The notes under the pieces are model-generated. The model made no database searches and had not been told where the DNA came from. It worked only from the letters and a program-made list of their open reading frames with translations. DNA of 64,000 nt, taken from positions 288,001 through 352,000 of the forward strand of contig JBCCHT010000002.1 in the NCBI GenBank assembly GCA_039028615.1, read 5' to 3'. This DNA is from Myxococcota bacterium. Its GTDB lineage: Bacteria > Myxococcota_A > Polyangia > Nannocystales > Nannocystaceae. Within the stretch, counting starts at the first letter, position 1, and each line of letters opens with the position of its first letter. The position numbers and the translations under genes are program-made. Shown here piece after piece: positions 9,740 to 18,134 of the stretch.

Positions 9740-11344
9740 ATGGCACGTCTACGATTGTTCGTCCCCGGCCTCGGTGCCTCTGTCCTGTCGGCGTCGTGCT
9801 TCGTCACGCCCAGCACCCTCGGCAATCCGTGCGTCGTCGACGAGGACTGCGGGGCGGGCCTGGTCTGCCGCGCAGAGATCTGCGAACTCGACGAGGGAGA
9901 GTCCACGACCACGACGACCGACGACCCCGCAGACACGGGCGACACCGCCGTCGACCCCGAGACCAGCGCGGGCGAGGAGACCGACGGAGGCAGCTCGGAC
10001 TCGACCGGGATTGCAGCCGAAGGCGAGTTTCGCTTCGTGCACGGGTCCGCAGACCTGGGCGCGGTCGATCTGTACGTCCAGGGCGCGGAGGCCCCCTGGG
10101 TCGAAGACCTCGACTACGGAGACGCCTCGGAGTGGCTGGGCACGGCGGAGGGGAGCTACGTCTTCGAACTGCGCGCCGCCGGGTCGGCGCCGAGCGATGC
10201 CCCGATCTTCACGGGAGCCCCCGTGACCCTCGGCGAGGGCGACCGCATCTCCACCTTGGCCGTAGGCCTGACCGCGGGCGGTGAAGACGACGCACTTCGG
10301 CTGCTCCCGCTACGGGAGGACTGGGGCACGGGGTTGGCCGACCGGGCGCGTGCTCGCATCGTGCACGCAGGTGCCGACGCGCCCACGATCACCATCGACG
10401 GGCTCGAGGGTCCCCCCTTCGACCTGCAGCGATTCGACGACAGCGCGGCGATTGGCGTCCCGCTCGATACGGCCGGAGGCGAGCGCATCCAGCTGCTCGA
10501 TGCCAGCGGCGTGCTCACGACCTTCACGACCCCGCCGCTGTCCGAAGGTGACGAGGTCCTCGTGGTGGCGACGGGCCTGTTCGACTCGCTCGCCCGAGAG
10601 CCCGATGGCTTCAGCCTGTTTCTCGTCGGTGCCGAGGGATCGCTGGGGCAGGTACGACAGGACCCGCAGCTGTTCACCCTCCACGGGGCCCGGGACGCGG
10701 GCAACCTCGAGAACTGCACCAACGGGTTCGAGGTCGCGACCAACTTCAACTACGGCGAGGTCCAGTCCTCGTTCATCTCCCCGGGCGAGTACGACTTCGA
10801 GATCTACGGCTATCCGTCGGGGTGCACGGGCGCGGCCCTCAACCCCGGAGGCAATGCCTCGGGGCCCCTCGAGGCCGGCGAGCGGTACCTGCTGTTGCTC
10901 ACGGGAGAACAGTCGCCGGACGGCGGAGAGCCGGCCATCCAGGTGGCTCCGTTTCGCGATCGATTCCCCACCGATGCCGCCGGGACGACCATCCGGTTCA
11001 TTCACGGTGCGTCGGCCGAGCAGATCTACGTCGGCAACGTCTCCGACGGCCTGGTCCCGGCGGCCGACGTCTACACCAACCCGATCGCGTGGCGCTCGGA
11101 GAGCCAGCCGGTCTCGCTGGCCGAGCAGTCGTACTTGCTCGGCATCGCCGACGCGGTCGGCAAGCCGAGGCCTCCGCTCAATCCCCTGGTGACCTTCGAC
11201 TACGCGGCCACGGGAAGCTCGAGGCAGTGGGGAATCGTCTCGGGTGATCCGTCTCCCGAGGAGGGCGACGGGGTCATTCAGCTCATGCTGCTCGACACCA
11301 CGGGCTCGGACTGGACGGTCCAGCTGGTGGACATCAACCAGTAG
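9740..11344 (+). CDS. DUF4397-repeat lipoprotein
   Basis: SASC lipobox, short Cys module, repeated RFVHGSADLGAVDLYV / RIVHAGADAP / RFIHGASA motifs. Confidence 0.8.
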   Translation: MARLRLFVPGLGASVLSASCFVTPSTLGNPCVVDEDCGAGLVCRAEICELDEGESTTTTTDDPADTGDTAVDPETSAGEETDGGSSDSTGIAAEGEFRFVHGSADLGAVDLYVQGAEAPWVEDLDYGDASEWLGTAEGSYVFELRAAGSAPSDAPIFTGAPVTLGEGDRISTLAVGLTAGGEDDALRLLPLREDWGTGLADRARARIVHAGADAPTITIDGLEGPPFDLQRFDDSAAIGVPLDTAGGERIQLLDASGVLTTFTTPPLSEGDEVLVVATGLFDSLAREPDGFSLFLVGAEGSLGQVRQDPQLFTLHGARDAGNLENCTNGFEVATNFNYGEVQSSFISPGEYDFEIYGYPSGCTGAALNPGGNASGPLEAGERYLLLLTGEQSPDGGEPAIQVAPFRDRFPTDAAGTTIRFIHGASAEQIYVGNVSDGLVPAADVYTNPIAWRSESQPVSLAEQSYLLGIADAVGKPRPPLNPLVTFDYAATGSSRQWGIVSGDPSPEEGDGVIQLMLLDTTGSDWTVQLVDINQ

Positions 11345-11350
11345 GCCCGC

Positions 11351-13114
11351 TCAGCCCACGGGCGGGGGTGCGGAGATGAGCTCGAGGTTGAGCCCGCCGG
11401 GCACCATGTAGCCCGTGGCGTGCCCGTAGCCCATGATCTGGAGGCCCAGGCCGGGTGCGTCCTCTTCATCGGCCATGTCGGCGACGAGCCGATGCACGCC
11501 CCCCGTGTCCTTGCTCAGCAGCTCTCGCACCAGGGTCCACGAGGTGCCGTCGATGGGCTGGGGCGTACCGGTGAGCGGAGCCCCATCGAGCGTCGCGGTG
11601 GCCCCCGCGGGCAGCAGGATGTCGGCGTAGCTCACCAGGTAGTCGTCGGGCGCGAGGAAGATGTATCGACTGCGGAACTGGTCGACGGCCACCGCCAGGC
11701 TGAAGGCGGGGTCACCGATGGTCGGCACGTCGTTGGGCGTGTGCAGCTGGCCGCCCTTGACGAACATGCCGATCGCGAAGGACTCGTTGCCCGTGACCTC
11801 GAAGCCCTCGCTGGTCTCGAAGGCCACCACCTGCCCCGCGTCGAGCGTGGTCGGAGCACCCGCCGGCTGACCGCCGGGATACTCGAGCGTGGTGCCGTCG
11901 AAGTTGCCGTAGATGCGAACGTAGTGGCCGATGTTGGCCCCCGTCGCCGAGCTGGGCGGCGCGACGATGTAGTGCGCCCCCAGGACCTCGGCGGGCAGCA
12001 TGGTCTCCTCGAGGTGGTCGGCATAGCCCTCGCCCGCGATCTCGGGACTCGGCGAGGAGGTCAGCGGCACGAAGCCCACGACCTGAACCGGCGCATCCGC
12101 GGTGACGAGGCTGCCGCTCAGGTCGCTGTGCACGTCGCCCCAGAACACGCCCGGATTGCCGAGCAGCTGGACCACGTCACCCGCGTCCATCTCGAACACC
12201 GCGGTGCCGCCGGGATCCACGGCCGCCACCCCGGTACCCGCCGCGAACTGGGCCTGCTCAGCCAGGTGTACGGTGACGGTGGTGCCGTCCTGCGTGGCGG
12301 TGATGGCCGCCCCCCCGGGCGCATCGTCGAACCCTCCCGTGGTCCCCTTGACCGAGTCCTTCAGGAAGATCCGGTAGTTCCCGGTCATCGCCGTCGAGGG
12401 GATGAGCAGCGCGGCGTCATTGCTGACCGACAAGCACGAAGAGCCGAGCCCGATCTGCTGGACCAACGAACAATTGGCGACCTCGTCGGTGTACTCGAGC
12501 GGGTTGAACTGCCACACGGTGACCGGCACCGAGCTGGTCAGGTGGTACGCCCCGCCGTCCACCCGAATGGAGCTGTTGGGTCGATCGCCCGTGGTCTGAG
12601 CGTTGAACTGCGGGCCCTTGAGGCCTTCGACCCACTGCAGCGGAATCTTCTCGAGCGAGCCCGGGGCGACCGTGGCGGTGGCGACCTCGACCCCATCGCG
12701 CTCCACCGTGATCTCGGCCGGCTCGTCGCCGCCATTGGCCACCGCCGCGGTGAACGAGAAGTTGGTCAGCACCGGGTTGTAGGTCACCGTGGGCCAGAAG
12801 TCGCAGCCGACGTAGGTGTGGTGAATGGCCGCCTCGGCGCAGGTCTGTGGATCGACCCCGGGATCGGTGCCGCCACCACCCGGGCCAACATCGAGCACGG
12901 GACCGCCGGGGCCATCGTCGCTGTCGGAGGCCGTGCCTCCCATCGTCTCGTCACCGGTGCCGCCCCCCGAGGGGCTCGAGCCCGCCGGACCCCCACCGGT
13001 CGCGCCCGCGCTCGTGCCGTTCGACGCGAACCCGTTGTCGTCGGGGTCGATCGTGCAGCCCGCCACCAGAAAACACGCCCCCGCCACCGCGACGATTCGT
13101 CGAACATCCCCCAT
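11351..13114 (-). CDS. IgGFc-binding-protein domain lipoprotein
   Basis: VAGC lipobox, GCDFWPT, SNDAALLIP, DLSGSLVTADAPVQV, DHLEETMLP, GDPAFSLAV, GYMVPGG. Confidence 0.85.
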   Translation of the reverse strand: MGDVRRIVAVAGACFLVAGCTIDPDDNGFASNGTSAGATGGGPAGSSPSGGGTGDETMGGTASDSDDGPGGPVLDVGPGGGGTDPGVDPQTCAEAAIHHTYVGCDFWPTVTYNPVLTNFSFTAAVANGGDEPAEITVERDGVEVATATVAPGSLEKIPLQWVEGLKGPQFNAQTTGDRPNSSIRVDGGAYHLTSSVPVTVWQFNPLEYTDEVANCSLVQQIGLGSSCLSVSNDAALLIPSTAMTGNYRIFLKDSVKGTTGGFDDAPGGAAITATQDGTTVTVHLAEQAQFAAGTGVAAVDPGGTAVFEMDAGDVVQLLGNPGVFWGDVHSDLSGSLVTADAPVQVVGFVPLTSSPSPEIAGEGYADHLEETMLPAEVLGAHYIVAPPSSATGANIGHYVRIYGNFDGTTLEYPGGQPAGAPTTLDAGQVVAFETSEGFEVTGNESFAIGMFVKGGQLHTPNDVPTIGDPAFSLAVAVDQFRSRYIFLAPDDYLVSYADILLPAGATATLDGAPLTGTPQPIDGTSWTLVRELLSKDTGGVHRLVADMADEEDAPGLGLQIMGYGHATGYMVPGGLNLELISAPPPVG

Positions 13115-13236
13115 CGGAACAACGATAGGAAGCGGCTCGGGGCGCGGGACGGCCGGATCTTCTCACCACCGTGGCGGGTTTCGATCGTTGGGCGCGGCAA
13201 AGCGACCGGCGCGCACCGCTCGAGGGCGATCCGAAC

Positions 13237-13863
13237 TCAGCGTCCGTGTGGATCTCCACCCACCTGCTCGCGAAGTGCCTGCGCCCAGTCGTCGAGCTGC
13301 TCTGCGCTGGCCTCTGCCCAGTCGCCGCCGCCGGGCTCGGCCAGGGTCTGGCGCAGCAGCTCCTTGGCCCGACGCAGCCGGCTCTTGATCGTCTCGCGGT
13401 GCACCCCCAACACCTCGGCCAGCTCCGCGTAGCGCAGGCCCTCCCAGTAGTACAGCTCGAGGGTCACCTGAAGCTCCAGCGGGAGGCGTCGCAAAGCCTC
13501 GAGCAGTTGCGCCTCGTCTTGCTTGCGCGCGATCACGGTCCCGCACGAGGGCTGGAGGTCGTGCACCGAGTGCAGGCTGGTATCGAGCTCGTCCCTTCGC
13601 AGGCGGCGAAAGTGGGCGAACAGCTCGTGGCGAGCAATGCTGAACAGGTACGCCCGAAAGCTCGTCGCCTCGCGCAGCCGCTGTGCGTTCTCCAGGCACG
13701 CCAACATCGTGCGCTGGATCAGCTCTTCGACGCTGTCGCCCGCCTTATTGCGGAAGAAGCGACACAAGGGCCGAAAATGCCGCATCAGTAGGGCGCGCCC
13801 GGCCTGCTCGTCGCCCGCCCGCCACCGCGCGAGCAATCGTGCGTCGTCGCCGGAGTCGCCCAT
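13237..13863 (-). CDS. ECF RNA polymerase sigma factor
   Basis: DARLLARWRAGD, FRAYLFSIARH (region 2), LRRLP..LELYYWEGLRYAELAEVLG..TIKSRLRRA (region 4). Confidence 0.92.
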   Translation of the reverse strand: MGDSGDDARLLARWRAGDEQAGRALLMRHFRPLCRFFRNKAGDSVEELIQRTMLACLENAQRLREATSFRAYLFSIARHELFAHFRRLRRDELDTSLHSVHDLQPSCGTVIARKQDEAQLLEALRRLPLELQVTLELYYWEGLRYAELAEVLGVHRETIKSRLRRAKELLRQTLAEPGGGDWAEASAEQLDDWAQALREQVGGDPHGR

Positions 13864-13883
13864 CCACGGCAAGGATACCGGGT

Positions 13884-15029
13884 CTACATCGCGCACGCGT
13901 CGGCCGACGAAACGTCCATGTCCACCCCGGGTAACGCGAAGCCAGCCACGATCTCGGGCGGCGGCCTGGGCTCGGTCAGCTCCACGATCTGCCCGTAGCG
14001 CCAGTAGTAGTGGTGCCCGGGCTCGAACTGAAAATCCTGCACATACACACAACCCAAGGTCGCTCCGGGCGCATCGGTGACCCACGGAGCTTGGGTCGCG
14101 GCGCCCCGACCACACCCGGCGAAGGCTTGATCCCCGAAGTTGGTGGCCGCGGCCGCAACCACCGTCACTGGTTGGTCCGTCGGTACCTCCACCCACGCCA
14201 TCGCCCCGAAGGGCGTCTGGTAGGCCGCATCTCCCGAGGTCACCCCGGTCATCGTGCAGCCATGGCCGAGCCCGTGGTTGTCGATCCCCGCCATCGCCGC
14301 TTGGGCGTGCCCCGGCAAGGTGCTGAACGCGACGATCTCCCCGCCGCCGCTCCAGTCGGCCCCGGCGGCAAAGACCTTGAACGTCGCCGCGGGCCAGTTG
14401 CCCTGCCACTCGGCTCCATACCAGTGGAAGCGCAGCGCATCGAAGTCGTAGCTCGCGGCCACGCATCCCCCCAGATCGGGATGAACCCCGCGACGGCACA
14501 GGTGGTTGCCTTGCTGTTCGGGGCCGACCTGCCCGTACACGATCGTGGTGGGGTCACATGCGTCGTAGGCCGCCTGGTAGATGCTGCAATCGGGCTCGCC
14601 ACGACGCTGGCACATGTCGACAAAGGTCCGCTCGGCGCCGCAGCGCGTGCGGTCGTTCCAGAAGGCGCTCCACAGATCGGCGTGGATGAAGGCGGGACCG
14701 TGGGGATCGGGCTCCCACGGCCCCGCCCCTTCATCAGCGGAGGCTCCGTCCGCACCGTCGTCGGTGCCGTCGTCGAACGAGGTCTCGGCCCCGCCGTCGT
14801 CGTCGTCGAACGAGCCGGTCGCGCCCTCTTCACTCGCGCTCGATCCCGAGCTTTCGTCGGCCCCCGCGACCGACGGTCCCCCCGTGAAGATGGGCCCCGT
14901 GCCCGCGACGGTCGGGCCCCCACATGCCGCTACGAGCCAACAAACGAACACGTAGACCAGGTTCTCGGCACGGCCAGCGCGACCTCGATCGTGCGCTTCG
15001 GACCGGGACTGCAAGTCGGTTGTTCTCAC
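13884..15029 (-). CDS. Hypothetical exported lipoprotein (start uncertain)
   Basis: Hydrophobic stretch with VAAC, acidic linker, Cys/Trp-rich globular domain. Confidence 0.65.
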   Translation of the reverse strand: MRTTDLQSRSEAHDRGRAGRAENLVYVFVCWLVAACGGPTVAGTGPIFTGGPSVAGADESSGSSASEEGATGSFDDDDGGAETSFDDGTDDGADGASADEGAGPWEPDPHGPAFIHADLWSAFWNDRTRCGAERTFVDMCQRRGEPDCSIYQAAYDACDPTTIVYGQVGPEQQGNHLCRRGVHPDLGGCVAASYDFDALRFHWYGAEWQGNWPAATFKVFAAGADWSGGGEIVAFSTLPGHAQAAMAGIDNHGLGHGCTMTGVTSGDAAYQTPFGAMAWVEVPTDQPVTVVAAAATNFGDQAFAGCGRGAATQAPWVTDAPGATLGCVYVQDFQFEPGHHYYWRYGQIVELTEPRPPPEIVAGFALPGVDMDVSSADACAM

Positions 15030-15160
15030 GGCATGAACGTAGAGTGACGCCCTCGGAAAAAGGGTGACGACTTTTTTCGTCTTTCTTCGCGATGCTCGGC
15101 GGCCACCATTGGGACCTGCAAGAACCGGCGTTGCTCGTGGTAGCGTGACCAACGGCTGGC

Positions 15161-18079
15161 ATGAACGATCGTACCGATCGCACGGATCGTCTCGACGACA
15201 TCTTGCGGGATGCGGCGGAGGGGACCGACGACCCCATGGACGCGCGCATCCTCGCGGCGGTGGAGCATCGACTCTTCGCCACGAAGCTCGAGCCCACCGC
15301 TCGCCTGGGTCGCTATCACATCATCGATCGCATCGGGGCCGGGGGCATGGGCGTGGTCTACCGCGCTCGGGACCCCGAGCTGTCCCGCGACGTGGCGCTC
15401 AAGCTGCTGCTGCGGAGCAACTCGCATAGCGACACCGCCCGCGCTCGCCTGCGCCAAGAAGCCCAGGCCCTGGCCGAGGTCTCGCACCCCAACGTGGTGC
15501 AGGTCTACGACGTGGGCGAAGACGATGCGTCGCTGTTCATCAGCATGGAGCTCATCAAGGGCATCGACCTGCGGCAGTGGCTCGAGGCGGGCGCCAAGCC
15601 CTGGGCCGAAGTCGTCGCGATGTTCCTCGCCACCGGGCGCGGGCTGCAGGCGGCTCACGAGCGCGGCCTGGTGCATCGTGACTTCAAGCCGGCCAACGTG
15701 CTGCTCGGCGAAGACGGTCGGCCTCGCGTCGTCGACTTCGGCCTGGCCTACGTCACGGAGAACACGGGCACCCAGCCGGTCGACACCGACCCCACCAGCT
15801 CGGGTCCGCGTAGCGGAGGGGGACTCACCGAGACCGGCGTCGCGCTCGGGACCCCGGCCTATATGGCCCCCGAGCAACACCTCGGCGTGACGGCGGACGC
15901 ACGCAGCGACCAGTACTCGTTCTGCCTGTCGCTATACGAGTGCCTGTTCCGTCAGCGCCCGTTCGTCGGCGGGTCCGTCCACGAGCTGAGCCGAGCCAAG
16001 CACGAGGTGCAGCCCAGGCCGCCCGCGGGGCACCGCGTCCCCACGGCGGTGGTCAAGGTGGTGCTACGCGGGTTGCGGCCCGAGCCCTCCGGGCGGTGGC
16101 CGAGCATGGGCGCGCTGCTGCACGCGCTCGAAGCCGCCGCGCGCCCTCGTCGTGCGCGCTGGGTGCTGGGCTTGACCCTGGGCGGCACTGGTCTCGCGCT
16201 GGCTTCGGCCTCGGCCCTGACTCCGCCGGAGTCGACGTCGACCGGTTGCCCCCCCGCGGCCGAGCGCCTGATCGGAGTCTGGGACGACGCCCGGATCACC
16301 GCCCTGCACCAAGGCCTGGAGCGCAGCGGCCTCAGCTACGCGGACACCACCTGGCCGCGGCTTCGCTCGCGGCTCGACGACTACGCCGAGACCTGGGGCA
16401 GCGCCTACGAGCAGGCCTGCGAACAGTCGCGCCAGACCGACGCCGACCCCACGCTCTCCGATCGACGCATGCGCTGCCTCGCCGTGCAGCGCGACGAGTT
16501 GGCCAGCCTGATCGACGTGCTCACCACCGCGCAGGGCGACGCGGTGCGCAATGCCATCCGCGCCGCCACCGAGCTGCGACCGGTCTCCGCCTGCGAATCT
16601 CCGGGGCTCATCCCTGCCATCGATCCCGCGCGTGAGGCCGACGCCGACGCGATCCACCGCCAGCTGCTCGAGGCCGACTCGCTCACCAAGATCGCCCAGT
16701 TCGACCGAGCGCTGGAGATCGCCGAGCCGGCGCTCCCGCGAGCGACCGAGCTGGAGCTCGACGCGCTGCGGGCCCGGGCCCTGCTCGTGGTGGGCCGCCT
16801 GCACAAAGCCAAGGGTCAGCCCGACGAAGCGGCCGAGTCGATGTCGGAATCGGCGATGCTGGCCACGTCGATCGGTCTCGACCGGCTGGCGGCCGAAGCC
16901 GCGATCGATCTGGTCGGCATCGCCGGGGCCTGGCGCTCTCGCTACGACGAGGCGATGGAATGGAATCGCCACGCGAAAGCCTCCATCGAGCGCCTCGACG
17001 ACGATCCGGCGCTGGAGGCTGCTCGCCTCCACTCGCTCGGTACGCTGCAGATGTATCTCGGGCACCTGGACGAGGCCATCGACGCGCTTCGGCGCAGCCT
17101 CGCGCTTCGTCGGGCCCAGCTCAGCGAGGCGCACCCCACCGTCGCGTGGGCCCAGTCGACCCTCGGCGATGCCCTGGTTCGAGCCGGCCGCTTCGACGAA
17201 GGCCTCGCCGCCACGCGGGACGCCTTGATCGCGGGGGAGCAGGCGTTCGGGGCCACCCACCCCAGCGTGGGGGTGATGCAATCACGGCTGGCCGTCGCCT
17301 GGATTCGCCAGGGCGACTACGACAAAGCGGCCGAGCACTCGGAACGCGCGGTGTCCATTCTCGAGGAAGCCTTGGGTCCCGAGCACCAAAATACGGTGAG
17401 TCTGACCATCAACCTCGGCCAAGTGGAGCATCGACGTGGCCGGCTCGACCGCGCGCACGAGGTCTATCTGAAGGTTCGCCCGCGGCTCGCCGGAACCTCG
17501 AACGAGGCGGTGGTCCTCGCGGCGCTGACCGACTTGGCGCGCGAGCGGGGCGACCACGAGCAGGCGCTCTCCTTCGCCTCCCAGTCCCGCCGCCTCCGCG
17601 AGTCGCTGTACGGCAATAGCGACACCCGCGTCGCCATCGGCCTGCTGCTCGAAGGCCTGGCCCTCGCGTATGTCGACCGCGACGACGATGCGTTCGCCGC
17701 CTTCGCTCGCGCCCGCGACATCTCGGCTGAAAAGCCCCTGCCCGCCCCCGTGAAGCTCATCCTCGAGGCCTACGAAGGGCGAGCGCACCTGCACGCGGGT
17801 CGCTACGAACAGGCGCTCACCGGTCTGCAGAGCGCCCTCACCCAGCAGCACGAGCTCGGCTCGGAGCCCATCGATCGCGCCGACGTGCGCTTCCACCTGG
17901 TCCGCGCACTGTGGGGAATGAACCGACGCGACGATGCGCTCCGCCAGCTGCGGGCCGTCGACGAAGACCTCGCTCCGCTGGGAGCCATGGCCGAGTATCG
18001 CCGCGAGCCCATTCGGCAGTGGCTTCGAAACGAAGGCATCGACTTCGAGCTGAGTGTAGGGGGTTCCGGCAAGGACTGA
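15161..18079 (+). CDS. Ser/Thr protein kinase with TM segment and C-terminal TPRs
   Basis: GAGGMGVV, VALK, HRDFKPAN, DFG, GTPAYMAPE; TPR repeats containing HP motifs. Confidence 0.95.
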   Translation: MNDRTDRTDRLDDILRDAAEGTDDPMDARILAAVEHRLFATKLEPTARLGRYHIIDRIGAGGMGVVYRARDPELSRDVALKLLLRSNSHSDTARARLRQEAQALAEVSHPNVVQVYDVGEDDASLFISMELIKGIDLRQWLEAGAKPWAEVVAMFLATGRGLQAAHERGLVHRDFKPANVLLGEDGRPRVVDFGLAYVTENTGTQPVDTDPTSSGPRSGGGLTETGVALGTPAYMAPEQHLGVTADARSDQYSFCLSLYECLFRQRPFVGGSVHELSRAKHEVQPRPPAGHRVPTAVVKVVLRGLRPEPSGRWPSMGALLHALEAAARPRRARWVLGLTLGGTGLALASASALTPPESTSTGCPPAAERLIGVWDDARITALHQGLERSGLSYADTTWPRLRSRLDDYAETWGSAYEQACEQSRQTDADPTLSDRRMRCLAVQRDELASLIDVLTTAQGDAVRNAIRAATELRPVSACESPGLIPAIDPAREADADAIHRQLLEADSLTKIAQFDRALEIAEPALPRATELELDALRARALLVVGRLHKAKGQPDEAAESMSESAMLATSIGLDRLAAEAAIDLVGIAGAWRSRYDEAMEWNRHAKASIERLDDDPALEAARLHSLGTLQMYLGHLDEAIDALRRSLALRRAQLSEAHPTVAWAQSTLGDALVRAGRFDEGLAATRDALIAGEQAFGATHPSVGVMQSRLAVAWIRQGDYDKAAEHSERAVSILEEALGPEHQNTVSLTINLGQVEHRRGRLDRAHEVYLKVRPRLAGTSNEAVVLAALTDLARERGDHEQALSFASQSRRLRESLYGNSDTRVAIGLLLEGLALAYVDRDDDAFAAFARARDISAEKPLPAPVKLILEAYEGRAHLHAGRYEQALTGLQSALTQQHELGSEPIDRADVRFHLVRALWGMNRRDDALRQLRAVDEDLAPLGAMAEYRREPIRQWLRNEGIDFELSVGGSGKD

Positions 18080-18134
18080 GCCGTCCCCCCACCTCGACGA
18101 CGCGCCGGGTTGCTGGCTACAGTGGGTGCCCGGC

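Noticed and set aside
5800..15160. Recurring GTCAC/GTGAC words upstream of several genes as a possible ECF -35 motif
   Set aside because: Too short, inconsistent in orientation and without a consistent -10 partner to support by eye.
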